A DNA stretch of 24,000 nucleotides from Janthinobacterium sp. B9-8. Its GTDB lineage: Bacteria > Pseudomonadota > Gammaproteobacteria > Burkholderiales > Chitinibacteraceae. Each line of letters opens with the position of its first letter. Position 1 is the first letter of the stretch. The stretch covers positions 1,653,740-1,677,739 of the forward strand of contig NZ_CP014222.1 of assembly GCF_000969645.2 (NCBI RefSeq). Direction: 5' to 3'. Both the position numbers and the translations under genes were made by a program. Below are positions 1-9,191 of the stretch, in pieces. The notes below the pieces were generated by a model, which saw nothing but the letters and a program-made list of their open reading frames with translations, was not told the origin of the DNA and did no database searches.

Positions 1-696
1 ATCAACTTCTACAATCGATCCGTCGTTTAATTCCACCAAATAGCGATCTTCCAAATGATCGTAATTTGTGGCCGTCATTCCAAATTTAAATTCAACCCCC
101 GCACTCTGTAATTGCTGGCCTAAATAACGCCCTGCTGCTTCAGGCAAAAAACGTGACAAAGGCCATGCTGCCGGGTCGATCACCACAGGCTTAATACCCT
201 GTGCTAATAAATCATTGGCAAACTCGCAACCAATCAGCCCTGCCCCTAAAATACCTACCGTTTTAACGCCTTCCAGCTTTTCTGCAAAAGAGGCATAGTC
301 GTTAATATCATTCACCGATAATACATCGTCATCGGCATTGCCTGCTAAAGGCAGGCGAATTGGATCTGCGCCAATGGCTAAAACTAAATCACGGTATTCA
401 AGTGCCTGACCATCAATTAATAAAACCTGCTTATTGGCGGTATCAATTCCGACCACTTCGGTATCGGGTAAAATAGCGGCGCTTAATTCTTCGGCCATTT
501 TAGCGGCCGATTTCATTACTAATGTTGCGGCCGTTTTTTTTCCTGCCAATGCATTGGACAGCATAGGCTTTGAGTAAAAATCAGCAGCATCTTGAGCAAT
601 AATCGTTAAATGGCTGGTTTGATCCAGTTTGCGAAATTCACGTGCGCATTGATAGGCGGCTAAGCCTGAACCAATTATGACGACAGGGGCACTCAT
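1..696 (-). CDS. FAD/NAD(P)-binding pyridine nucleotide-disulfide oxidoreductase, rubredoxin-NAD+ reductase-like (C-terminus runs off the window)
   Basis: Missing from the ORF track because it is open to the window edge. I translated the minus strand from the ATG at 694-696, giving MSAPVVIIGSGLAAYQCAREF...KTVGILGAGLIGCEFANDLL...GVEFKFGMTA. It has two Rossmann GxGxxG/A motifs spaced as in the rubredoxin / ferredoxin reductase family. An AGGAAG RBS lies 5 nt upstream. Confidence 0.75.
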   Translation of the reverse strand, partial: MSAPVVIIGSGLAAYQCAREFRKLDQTSHLTIIAQDAADFYSKPMLSNALAGKKTAATLVMKSAAKMAEELSAAILPDTEVVGIDTANKQVLLIDGQALEYRDLVLAIGADPIRLPLAGNADDDVLSVNDINDYASFAEKLEGVKTVGILGAGLIGCEFANDLLAQGIKPVVIDPAAWPLSRFLPEAAGRYLGQQLQSAGVEFKFGMTATNYDHLEDRYLVELNDGSIVEVD

Positions 697-817
697 TTGT
701 CTTCCTTGGTGAATGGAGCGCTAAAATCAAACTTCAAACGAACACACACATTGGCTTTAATCCCAAAATACCTCGCTCAGCACAATTGATAGTTGATTTG
801 CTCAATTAAATCGGCGA

Positions 818-1753
818 TTAATGAATAGGCTCATTGTTCAACATCGATACGGCGGGCAATGGCGCATTTAATACCGCTTGTCTTACGGCTTCTACGGCCG
901 CTGTACGCGGAAAATTACGTCGCCAAGCCAGAATCACACGCCGCGTTGGAATTGGATCCTTAAATGGGCGAATAGTCAGCAACAAATCATCCGCACTGCT
1001 TACTGATGTAGCAGGCAATACGGTAACGCCAATGCCGCCTGCAACCATATGCCGGATCGTCGTGAGCGAGCTGCCTTGCAAGGTGCGCTGCAAACTTCCT
1101 ACTGGCAAGCTTTCCCTGTTTAAATCAGGGCAGGCTTGCAAGACATGATCGCGAAAGCAATTACCAGAAGAAAGCAGCAGTACGTTTTCATCGGCCAGAA
1201 CAGATGAATCAATTTCAGCCTCACTCTCCCAAGGATGGCCCTTAGGCGTGGCAACGACAAAGGGCTCGTCATAAACGGCTTGCGTAGCTAGCCCTGCTTC
1301 GAAGAAAGGCTCTGCCACAATCGCCACATCGATTTCGCCTTGCTTAAGCATTTCTACCAAACGCGCAGTGTAGTTTTCTTCAAGCAAAATTTGCATTTGC
1401 GGCGCGGCAAGTCGCAGCTGCGGAATTAAATGCGGCAATAAATAAGGGCTAATGGTGTAAATGATGCCAAGCCGCAAAGGACCAGCCAGCGGATCTTTGC
1501 CCTGCTCGGCCAATTGTTTAATCAGCTGCACTTCTTCTAATACCCGCTGAGCCTGCTCAACGAGACGCCCGCCAATCGGCGTCAGCGTCACATCACTGGC
1601 TGAGCGCTCAAATAAAGCCACGCCCAGCTCTTCTTCCAGCTTTTTAACCGCTACTGATAGCGTGGGCTGCGAAACAAAACAGCTAGCTGCTGCGCGGCCA
1701 AAATGGCGCTCACGCGCCACAGCCACGATATATCTTAATTCGGTCAGCGTCAT
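818..1753 (-). CDS. oxyR: LysR-family peroxide-sensing regulator OxyR
   Basis: 311-aa ORF with an N-terminal wHTH (HFGRAAASCFVSQPTLSVAVKKLEEELG). GNCFRDHVLQAC places two Cys 9 residues apart, as in E. coli OxyR C199/C208 (GHCLRDQAMGFC). Similarity to OxyR runs along the whole length. Confidence 0.85.
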   Translation of the reverse strand: MTLTELRYIVAVARERHFGRAAASCFVSQPTLSVAVKKLEEELGVALFERSASDVTLTPIGGRLVEQAQRVLEEVQLIKQLAEQGKDPLAGPLRLGIIYTISPYLLPHLIPQLRLAAPQMQILLEENYTARLVEMLKQGEIDVAIVAEPFFEAGLATQAVYDEPFVVATPKGHPWESEAEIDSSVLADENVLLLSSGNCFRDHVLQACPDLNRESLPVGSLQRTLQGSSLTTIRHMVAGGIGVTVLPATSVSSADDLLLTIRPFKDPIPTRRVILAWRRNFPRTAAVEAVRQAVLNAPLPAVSMLNNEPIH

Positions 1754-2241
1754 GCTTTAGCCTGCCAAAAACGAATACCCCAAGTCGCCGCAATCAAGCC
1801 ACTAAAGCCTAGCAAAGCCAGCACGGGCAAAGACAAGCCGAATAAGCTCCAATCGATCACGCCACACTCGCCATGCCCGGTCAGCACGCCTTTGAAAACC
1901 TGCAGCCACGGTTGCGTTTCCATTAAGTAATTCAGCCCAGGCCCGCAGGACGGCAAGGAGCTAGGATCAATAAAGTACTGAATCGCCACATGCCTCGCGG
2001 CAACTGCGGCCCCGGCCAAACCCACAATGGTAAGGACAATCGGCCAGAAGCGGTTCATTTTAGGCATGGGGATGGCGGCAGCGCAGAAAGACAATAGACC
2101 AAACGTAATAAAACCCACACGCTGGAAAATACACAGCGGGCATGGGCTTAAAAACTGGGTTCTTTCCAGATAAATTGCAAAAGCAATCGTACCTGCACAA
2201 AATAAAGACAGGGCCAAATGGCCCAAACGCCAACGCAACAT
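1750..2241 (-). CDS. dsbB: Disulfide bond formation protein B (DsbB)
   Basis: Four-TM protein with the PCPLCIFQR first Cys pair (E. coli PCVLCIYER) and the SCGPG...GECGVIDWSLFGLSLP second pair. I chose the ATG at 2239-2241, which has a GGAG 5 nt upstream, over the track's TTG at 2259. The stop overlaps the oxyR start (ATGA). Confidence 0.85.
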   Translation of the reverse strand: MLRWRLGHLALSLFCAGTIAFAIYLERTQFLSPCPLCIFQRVGFITFGLLSFCAAAIPMPKMNRFWPIVLTIVGLAGAAVAARHVAIQYFIDPSSLPSCGPGLNYLMETQPWLQVFKGVLTGHGECGVIDWSLFGLSLPVLALLGFSGLIAATWGIRFWQAKA

Positions 2242-2468
2242 ATTTACTCCAAAGGCCAATCAATAGATACAGACTATTCTATCAGCCAACTCGATCAAGA
2301 GGGCACTTATGACAGTGCAAGAATTGCCGATTGATACACTGCACTGGGTGCAACATTCATAGGGTTTGCTTAAGAGTCGCTATCTTGCAGCAAAGTTCCG
2401 TGTCAGCAAACTTAAGAATGCATTACTGTCCGGAGTTTGATTCGAGATCGCCAATGAAAGGGAAAAGC

Positions 2469-3641
2469 TTATCGTTCGCTGGATTCAATGGACAAAAACG
2501 CTCTGAGCTCGCCTTCCTTTGCCATCGCATCGCGATAACCCAGCTCGATCAGCTTGCGGGAATAGCCACCACAAAATAATAAATAGCTGGCAATCACCGA
2601 GCCCTGATGCCGGAACGCGCCCATGCCACCTAATAAAAAGCGCATTCCCCATGGAAACTCCAGCTTAAAAGCTACCGCCAGCCGCTCTAATGGCTGAGAA
2701 GGAGAAATCGCCAGCACTTTAATTGGCCGCAAACCCAATGGCAGCTGCAGGGCTAATTCGGCAGGCACGGCGGCCAGCGTGCGGTTAATGCGGGTTAAGC
2801 GCTCCAGATCAGTATCTAAACCATCCAGAAAAATACTATTCATAAGATGCCCCATCACCTGAGCCAGTGTGGGGTAGCTGGTATGCTTTTCTCTTGCAGA
2901 AGGATCAGCCACCTGTGGCGCAACACCAATCACCAAAATGCGCTCGGCACCTAAGTGAATAGCGGGGCTGATAGGCGCAATTTGCCGTACCGAGCCGTCA
3001 CCAAAATATTCGCGGTGCAGCCTGATGGCAGGAAATAATAAAGGAATCGCCGCGGAGGCCATCAGGTGATCTACGCTGATACTCGCCTTCACCCCCACTC
3101 TGGAGGCCCGGTGCCATACTTCCAAGTCAGCAGCCCCCTGAAAAAAAGACACCGACTGCCCGGATGTATAACCAGAAGCAGAAATCGACAAGGCACGTAA
3201 AGCGCCTGCCTCAATGCTCTGCTGAATACCTGAAAAATCCACTCTATCAATCAATAAATCACGCAATGGCGCATTATTTAAAAATGCACGCGGATTATAT
3301 TTACCCAAGCCCCCCAAAAACAGCGATAGCAACCAATGCCCTGCCGTCTTTAATAAATGCCACACCGAGGTGTGATAAATATGATCGGGGCTAAGGCCCT
3401 GCCAAAGCCTTGCCAGCTCAAACACCGAACGGCGAAAATGAGCGGCTCCGGCCGCCAGCGCCACAGCATTAATGCCGCCCGCCGATGTACCACAAATAAT
3501 AGGAAATGGATTGGCAGCCCCTTTGGGCAGCAACTTAGCAATCGCCAGCAAAACACCGACTTGATACGCTGCCCTTGCGCCGCCGCCTGACAAAATCAAG
3601 GCGGTATCTGCGGCATGCGCCTGCATTCGTTTCATCCCCAT
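2469..3641 (-). CDS. Patatin-like phospholipase (RssA/YchK-type)
   Basis: 390-aa ORF with the oxyanion GGGARAAY motif and the GTSAGG nucleophile elbow, plus a later DGS/DGG-type Asp motif (FGDGSVRQ). No cyclic-nucleotide synthase is adjacent. Confidence 0.85.
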   Translation of the reverse strand: MGMKRMQAHAADTALILSGGGARAAYQVGVLLAIAKLLPKGAANPFPIICGTSAGGINAVALAAGAAHFRRSVFELARLWQGLSPDHIYHTSVWHLLKTAGHWLLSLFLGGLGKYNPRAFLNNAPLRDLLIDRVDFSGIQQSIEAGALRALSISASGYTSGQSVSFFQGAADLEVWHRASRVGVKASISVDHLMASAAIPLLFPAIRLHREYFGDGSVRQIAPISPAIHLGAERILVIGVAPQVADPSAREKHTSYPTLAQVMGHLMNSIFLDGLDTDLERLTRINRTLAAVPAELALQLPLGLRPIKVLAISPSQPLERLAVAFKLEFPWGMRFLLGGMGAFRHQGSVIASYLLFCGGYSRKLIELGYRDAMAKEGELRAFLSIESSER

Positions 3642-3861
3642 CCTGCGCCTCTTTATGTTCTCGTTTTAAATAAGCGAAACAGGCTGTCTCCTACTATTTA
3701 CGCTAGCCCTTACCGGGCATCGCGGCAAGGCGAGCTCATAAATAAGACCTAGGCCAAGCAACTACTTTTCGCCGCGCTTACAAAAAACAATCATAACGCC
3801 CCTGCCCGCCTCTTTTTAAAGCCGTAAAATTGCAGATTATTAAAAACTGTACTAACGGGGG

Positions 3862-3891
3862 TTGGTCTTATTACGCGCAGTTCGGTATAAT
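3862..3891 (+). promoter_or_regulatory. Candidate sigma70 promoter of guaB
   Basis: TTGGTC (3862-3867), an 18-nt spacer, then a perfect TATAAT (3886-3891), about 30 nt upstream of the guaB ATG. An AAGGA RBS lies at 3908-3912. Confidence 0.4.
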
Positions 3892-3920
3892 GCCGTTTTG
3901 GCGACTAAGGATTCTGTACC

Positions 3921-5390
3921 ATGCGCGTGATTCAGAAGGCCCTCACCTTTGACGATGTACTTCTCGTCCCGGCCCATTCCAATATCCTCCCGCGTGATGT
4001 CGATTTATCGACCCAATTCACCCGCAACATTCGCCTGAATCTGCCGCTGGTTTCTGCAGCGATGGATACAGTGACCGAGGCTCGCCTCGCCATTGCTATT
4101 GCCCAAGAAGGCGGCATGGGGATTATTCATAAGAATATGACCCCTGTGATGCAAGCGAAAGAAGTATCCAAAGTAAAACGCTACGAATCAGGCATTGTTA
4201 AGGATCCGATTACCGTATCCCCGGAAATGCTCGTTCGCGACGTTCACGAACTCACCCGCCAGCATAAAATCTCCGGCTTGCCTGTGATTGATAAATCCGG
4301 CCAATTGGTCGGCATCGTCACCAACCGTGATTTACGTTTTGAGACACGCCTCGACGTGGCAGTCAGCAGCATCATGACGCCTAAAGAGCGTTTGATTACG
4401 GTCAACGAAGGCGATTCAATTGAATCCGCCCGCGTACTGATGCACGAGCACCGCCTGGAGCGCGTGCTAGTGATCGACGAAAACTTCAAGCTAAAAGGCT
4501 TGATTACCGTTAAAGACTTGATCAAAACCTCCGAACACCCATTTGCAGCCAAAGACGATCAAGGTCGCCTGCGTTGCGGCGCCGCAGTTGGCGTAGGCGC
4601 GGGCACCGAAGAGCGGGTAAAACTGCTTTCCGAAGCCGGCGTGGATGTGATCGTGGTGGACACTGCCCACGGCCACAGCCAGGGCGTGATTGATCGCGTG
4701 CGTTGGGTTAAACAAAACTACCCGCATATCCAGGTAATTGGCGGCAATATCGCCACCGCTGCTGCCGCATTAGCCTTGGCTGAAGCCGGTGCCGACGCGG
4801 TTAAAGTGGGGATTGGCCCAGGCTCGATCTGCACCACACGTATCGTGGCGGGTGTGGGTGTGCCGCAAATTACTGCGGTAGCCAATGTGGCCGATGCGCT
4901 GGCTGGCACAGGTATTCCATTGATTGCTGACGGTGGTATTCGCTACTCTGGTGATATCTCTAAAGCCATTGCAGCGGGCGCAAGCTCGGTGATGCTGGGC
5001 GGCTTATTTGGTGGCACGGACGAAGCACCGGGTGAAGTTGAGCTCTACCAAGGCCGCACTTATAAGAGCTACCGTGGTATGGGTTCTTTAGGTGCAATGG
5101 CCGGTAGCAATGGCTCATCCGATCGCTACTTCCAGGATAATGTAAACAACGCCGACAAGCTGGTTCCAGAAGGCATTGAAGGCCGCGTTGCTTACAAAGG
5201 CCCGATCACCGCCATCATCCATCAATTAATGGGTGGCTTGCGTTCTTCTATGGGCTATCTGGGCTGCAAAAACATCACGGAAATCCACGAAAAAGCCGAA
5301 TTTGTGCAAATCACCGCCGCCGGCATTCGTGAATCGCATGTGCATGATGTGCAAATCACCAAAGAAGCACCAAACTACCATACCGATTAA
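3921..5390 (+). CDS. guaB: IMP dehydrogenase
   Basis: 489-aa ORF with full-length IMPDH signatures: [11 protein letters not shown], a tandem CBS insert, the catalytic loop [19 protein letters not shown] and the YRGMGS flap. Confidence 0.97.
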   Translation: MRVIQKALTFDDVLLVPAHSNILPRDVDLSTQFTRNIRLNLPLVSAAMDTVTEARLAIAIAQEGGMGIIHKNMTPVMQAKEVSKVKRYESGIVKDPITVSPEMLVRDVHELTRQHKISGLPVIDKSGQLVGIVTNRDLRFETRLDVAVSSIMTPKERLITVNEGDSIESARVLMHEHRLERVLVIDENFKLKGLITVKDLIKTSEHPFAAKDDQGRLRCGAAVGVGAGTEERVKLLSEAGVDVIVVDTAHGHSQGVIDRVRWVKQNYPHIQVIGGNIATAAAALALAEAGADAVKVGIGPGSICTTRIVAGVGVPQITAVANVADALAGTGIPLIADGGIRYSGDISKAIAAGASSVMLGGLFGGTDEAPGEVELYQGRTYKSYRGMGSLGAMAGSNGSSDRYFQDNVNNADKLVPEGIEGRVAYKGPITAIIHQLMGGLRSSMGYLGCKNITEIHEKAEFVQITAAGIRESHVHDVQITKEAPNYHTD

Positions 5391-5410
5391 TCACCAATTA
5401 CTCGCTATGC

Positions 5411-5441
5411 AAAAAGGCCGGAATTTATTCCGGCCTTTTTT
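5411..5441. terminator. Bidirectional rho-independent terminator between convergent guaB and the 5456-5869 gene
   Basis: AAAAAGGCCGGA-atttat-TCCGGCCTTTTTT. The GC-rich stem (5415-5422 / 5429-5436) is flanked by an A-run and a T-run, so it can terminate transcription on either strand. Confidence 0.8.
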
Positions 5442-5455
5442 ATTTACACCACACG

Positions 5456-5869
5456 TTACTGAGGCACGGCGCTCACTATACGCTTTCGATCCCCCAGCAA
5501 ACCCAAAATGCCAACCGGAATCAGCAGCACCCATTGTGGAAGCAACAGCAAAGTAGACGGCCCAGCAAACACCAGTGCTACAACAACAAACACAAGCCCA
5601 AACAACAACCACAACAAAGAAACAAAACGCGGCAGCGCACCAGCGGATGCTCTGCTGCTTGGGCGAGCACTCCAGATCAACGCTAAAGCTGACAAAATCA
5701 GGGTGACCGTCACCAAGTGCCAGCATGCATAAAGAAGAAGGCTCACCGGCTGAGGCATAGCCGATCCCAAGAGCGGTGCTTGGATTTCCGGCGTACCTGC
5801 AATCGTGTGCAGTGCGGCAGTAAACGCGGCAATCAGACCAGAAGCCAGCAGTAAACGATTTGTTTTCAT
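5456..5869 (-). CDS. Small integral membrane protein, unknown function (about 4 TM)
   Basis: 137-aa ORF with an ATG start and four hydrophobic segments. It is convergent with guaB and shares the terminator. I recognise no family motif. Confidence 0.6.
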   Translation of the reverse strand: MKTNRLLLASGLIAAFTAALHTIAGTPEIQAPLLGSAMPQPVSLLLYACWHLVTVTLILSALALIWSARPSSRASAGALPRFVSLLWLLFGLVFVVVALVFAGPSTLLLLPQWVLLIPVGILGLLGDRKRIVSAVPQ

Positions 5870-6120
5870 CTTGGTTAAGGCTCTCAGTTAGCTCTGGGTG
5901 CAGAAAAGCACACACAGAATCAAAAGGGTAAATTGAAATCAAGCGGATGCGCACTGAACAGCACTCAAAGAATACCGTGCGACTACTCAAAAGAACAATA
6001 GGCAGAAAGATAACGTCAGCTTACCCATATAAAAAATGCCAAATAAATACCAGCAGCTTTCAAGTTTATACAGCAAAAAATCGAAGTCCCTTCCAAAATC
6101 CGAGGTACGCTAACCCAGAT

Positions 6121-7401
6121 TTATTTGAACTGAATGTGAAATGCCTGAGGATATTCACGGCCATACCAATTACTCACCTCAGCATGGCTAAGCGACATAA
6201 AACCTTTAAATCCGGGGGTTAAAGCCAATGCACTTGCAACGATAGCGGACAGCAAACCGAACAAAAAATAAACATTATTTAATGGTAAATACATCAGGCA
6301 GGCGCCCGCCAGCAAGGGGCCGCCACTCGAAGCCAAACGGCTACTGGCCATGCTGACTGACATCATTCTTGAACGAAACTCAGGCGGCCGTGCAAGCATA
6401 CGATGGGTTACGCCTCCAAGCACAAGCGCAGAATTTGAAATCCCTGTTAAGAAAAACAACAGCACAATAAGCAAAGGGTTTTCACACATCGCAAGCAAAG
6501 CCAGCATCAAGCCTTGAGCAATACCTGCGGCAACCCTGACATGGTATCGACCCAAACGGGAAATAAGCCAATTGGACAAACCAAAAGAGCCAATCAGTAT
6601 TCCTACCCCAAGTCCTGCTTCTGTATAGCCAAACCACCAGCCACCCAAATGAAGCGATTGGATTTTTAATGGAACCAACATACCGATTGCCGGGCCAGCA
6701 AAAAGCCATGAAACGGCATTCACAATATTCCAGTTTCTTTCCAGCGGAATAGACCAACTCGCCAGCGCGCCTTGGCGCAGCTCCAGAAACCATTGAGCAA
6801 ACCCAGAGCCTGCGGGTTTAATATTTAATGATTTTGGAAGAAAAAACGAAAGACCAAGCGCAAGTAATGCAAAAAACACATGTAACCATAAGGCAGCTGA
6901 AATACTCAGGAATGCAAGCACTCCGCCACTTAATAAAGGCCCCGAAAGCCGGACCAGAGATTGAACGCCTTTTTGCTTTGCAACAATGGCGGGCAGCTGC
7001 TCTGCATCAGCAAGCTCGGTAACAATATTACTTGTTGCAGGCTGAATAAGTGCATGAGCCAGCTCGGTAATCACTCCCGCAGCAATTAATCCCCAGATAT
7101 GATAGATCCCGTGACTTGCGAATAAGGCTACAGCACCGCCACCAAATAAAAACAAACCAAGGCCAAGCAAAATAACCAAGCGCTTTTCACACCGATCCCC
7201 AATCGGAGATAGCAAAGGTAAAGCGCAAAACGAGGTAAAGCCCAGTGCTGCGCCATAAATGGCGATATCTTTAACTCCGCCAACAGTCACAATCCACCAT
7301 GGAATTGCAATATGCGCAATCAAAATGGCTAAATTTGAAATAAATTCAATAGCAAGTATTTTTTTAATTGCTTTTGTAAATATATAATTTTGACTATCCA
7401 T
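6121..7401 (-). CDS. MFS transporter (EntS / MFS_3-like exporter architecture)
   Basis: About 12 predicted TM helices over the whole ORF, with an MFS-type charged loop after TM2 (SPIGDRCEKR). I moved the start from the track's TTG (7452) to the first ATG (7399-7401, MDSQNYIF...). Composition is AT-richer than the flanking genes by eye. Confidence 0.75.
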   Translation of the reverse strand: MDSQNYIFTKAIKKILAIEFISNLAILIAHIAIPWWIVTVGGVKDIAIYGAALGFTSFCALPLLSPIGDRCEKRLVILLGLGLFLFGGGAVALFASHGIYHIWGLIAAGVITELAHALIQPATSNIVTELADAEQLPAIVAKQKGVQSLVRLSGPLLSGGVLAFLSISAALWLHVFFALLALGLSFFLPKSLNIKPAGSGFAQWFLELRQGALASWSIPLERNWNIVNAVSWLFAGPAIGMLVPLKIQSLHLGGWWFGYTEAGLGVGILIGSFGLSNWLISRLGRYHVRVAAGIAQGLMLALLAMCENPLLIVLLFFLTGISNSALVLGGVTHRMLARPPEFRSRMMSVSMASSRLASSGGPLLAGACLMYLPLNNVYFLFGLLSAIVASALALTPGFKGFMSLSHAEVSNWYGREYPQAFHIQFK

Positions 7402-7464
7402 ACTGCCAATTAGCTCGAGTAGGTTTAATTTACAAGCATTAAAAAAAACCAAAAAAATAAAAAG

Positions 7465-8052
7465 TTACTCACAAGCAATCTCTGATTGAATATCGTAAAA
7501 AGAAGGCGCTTCATAGTATTTATAAGGTTCCCAACAATGGAACTTTTGAGGACGTATCATTAGAGCCATAAATATCAAATAAAGAACAATCATGACCAAA
7601 ATTATTTTTATAATTAAATAAAACTTAACTCTGTATATACTGCGAAATGAAAAACAAACACCCAGCAATAAACAAAAATTAATTGAGTCATTGACAAGCC
7701 CGTCCGTAAATGTCTCTGTAAATATGCGTGCGTTGTAATAGAAAAACCTTTCAACCATAAATGGTAATGACACGCCTAAAAGCAAAAACAAAACATCCAT
7801 CGCGTATATTTGAAATACTTTTCTGAACATCAATAAAACTCCAAACACTTGCCGTAATAGAAGCGCCTTGCGCACGCGTTTATGCACAAAATCGAATCGT
7901 TTTTTTAATTGAGAAATTAAACAGGCGGCTAGCGCACTACCCAAGCAAGCAATGCCTATCCTTGGCTTATTTGAATCGGCATGCGCGTACGGGCCGCTTA
8001 ATTTAAACGCCGTTTCAGCAAAAAATGCCGAATAGATACTAACAGCTTTCAA
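7465..8052 (-). CDS. Hypothetical small membrane protein in a very AT-rich ORF (start uncertain)
   Basis: The track ORF starts at a TTG. An internal ATG at 7828-7830 (MFRKVFQIY...) has a GGAG 8 nt upstream, and the strongly AT-rich, 3-TM part lies downstream of it (7465-7830, 121 aa). The ORF ends 12 nt before the track ORF of the MFS gene. The C-terminal tail is CWEPYKYYEAPSFYDIQSEIACE. I recognise no family. Confidence 0.45.
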   Translation of the reverse strand: MKAVSIYSAFFAETAFKLSGPYAHADSNKPRIGIACLGSALAACLISQLKKRFDFVHKRVRKALLLRQVFGVLLMFRKVFQIYAMDVLFLLLGVSLPFMVERFFYYNARIFTETFTDGLVNDSINFCLLLGVCFSFRSIYRVKFYLIIKIILVMIVLYLIFMALMIRPQKFHCWEPYKYYEAPSFYDIQSEIACE

Positions 8053-8208
8053 AGTATCACAGCAAGGAATGAAAAATCAGAAAGGTAAGCTCTCAATCCT
8101 CAGCGAATTGGCCAAGCGTGTCGCTAAGGATTAAAAAATCCGCGAAGTTGATCGCCATGAAAATCCAATCCTGCGAAAACAATATTGTCAGCGAGCAGGA
8201 TGAATGGA

Positions 8209-8550
8209 TCAGGCATAAAAGCGCTCAGCAAGATGCAGGCAAGCGCTCATCCCTACACTTTTAGCCCACGCATTTTTCGCTTCAATTTCAGGCTGATGTT
8301 TAGTCAAAGCCTCTTTGCACCAAAATACTCTTGGCTCGCCGATAGGTAGATGATCGATCTCGGATGCAATCACAACAAAAACCATAAAGTCTGGGTCGTT
8401 TTCTTCAACAGCGGCTTCGTGGCGCAAAGATGCCAACTCAATCGCACCATCAAGAAACCCAACCTCACCATCGAGCATGCTAAACGCAATAACACCAATT
8501 CGCTTACGAACTGACAGCACATCACTTTCATTGGTAATTATGATGGACAT
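8209..8550 (-). CDS. Hypothetical acidic cytoplasmic protein (113 aa)
   Basis: ATG-initiated ORF with no signal peptide or TM segment and many Asp/Glu residues. It has non-coding gaps of about 155-195 bp on both sides. I recall a possible weak resemblance to DUF2489-type proteins (LDGE..L.EG.IEL ... HLPIGEPR..W) but could not verify it. Confidence 0.55.
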   Translation of the reverse strand: MSIIITNESDVLSVRKRIGVIAFSMLDGEVGFLDGAIELASLRHEAAVEENDPDFMVFVVIASEIDHLPIGEPRVFWCKEALTKHQPEIEAKNAWAKSVGMSACLHLAERFYA

Positions 8551-8744
8551 AAATGCCTAGTGCCTGAATTTACCGGCCTGCGCGTCTTTTCGCACATGTT
8601 CGGTGTGAGTATTTAGGAGTCTGACGGGGCATAAGAGCTGAAGAAGCAACTTTCGTCTAGCTGAGAGTAATAGCGGGCTGGAGAAGTATCAATTTTGACC
8701 ACTAAGCACCTAATTTAATTCAGCGGTTAAACAACACATCCACA

Positions 8745-9191
8745 CTAAGGCGATATAGTCAGCACCACGTAATCCTCATAGTTACCCACATCCACCTGCT
8801 GTAAAGGAGGGATTACGCCACAAAAATAGATGGGCGTCACGACACCAGCCGAAACCAAAACGCTTAAAGCATCTTTGCCCGTACCCAGCTCGGGCGCTTT
8901 GCATGTTGATTTATACAGGTGATAGCGAAGCAGGCTGCTGCCACCGCCTATATTGCGCATTTTCCTATCATTAATGGTGCCCGAAACTTGGCTGGGGCCA
9001 AACGAGATCGACAGCTTAGCCGCCTGAGTGCAGCTAGCTGTAATTAACTGCTGCCTGATTGTTTCGGTACTTAAACTCGGAGCGTATTGCCCAAAAGCCA
9101 CTTCTTGCACCGATCCAAAGGAGCACATCCCCGCCAGGGAATACGCAGGCAGTAAAACAGCGGCAATACCGATGATTTTTTTAACTAACAC
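8745..9191 (-). CDS. SCPU (spore coat protein U) domain pilus subunit in the terminal, tip position
   Basis: 148 aa with a signal peptide (IIGIAAVLLPAYSLA). It has the two conserved Cys and the C-terminal Y-x-D-x-VVL-x-x-x-P strand (NYEDYVVLTISP) shared with the other two subunits. The GTG start overlaps the usher stop by 11 nt. Confidence 0.8.
   Translation of the reverse strand: MLVKKIIGIAAVLLPAYSLAGMCSFGSVQEVAFGQYAPSLSTETIRQQLITASCTQAAKLSISFGPSQVSGTINDRKMRNIGGGSSLLRYHLYKSTCKAPELGTGKDALSVLVSAGVVTPIYFCGVIPPLQQVDVGNYEDYVVLTISP

Noticed and set aside
834-1148. 104-aa ORF antisense to oxyR, and similar 60-100-aa ORFs inside the patatin gene, guaB, the MFS gene, the usher, the chaperone, dadA, the kinase, the SLT gene, lysR and the Bcr gene
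   Set aside because: All are fully nested in, or antisense to, long ORFs with clear family signatures. I treat them as non-coding shadow frames.
2469-3641. The patatin-like phospholipase as a possible CBASS (CapV-like) defence effector
   Set aside because: No CD-NTase or cyclase, no ubiquitin-like accessory genes and no other defence genes are adjacent. The neighbours are dsbB and guaB, so it fits a housekeeping RssA-type lipase.
5391-5990. 199-aa ORF overlapping the 5456-5869 membrane-protein gene in another frame
   Set aside because: It runs through the bidirectional terminator, and its Cys/Val-rich stretch is a frame artefact of the GTT/TTG-rich TM coding. The 137-aa frame gives a coherent 4-TM protein with an ATG start.
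8069-8134. 21-aa plus-strand ORF (MKNQKGKLSILSELAKRVAKD) in the 8053-8208 gap
   Set aside because: Its AAGG lies only 1 nt from the ATG, which is poor spacing. There is no supporting context, and an ORF this short is expected by chance.
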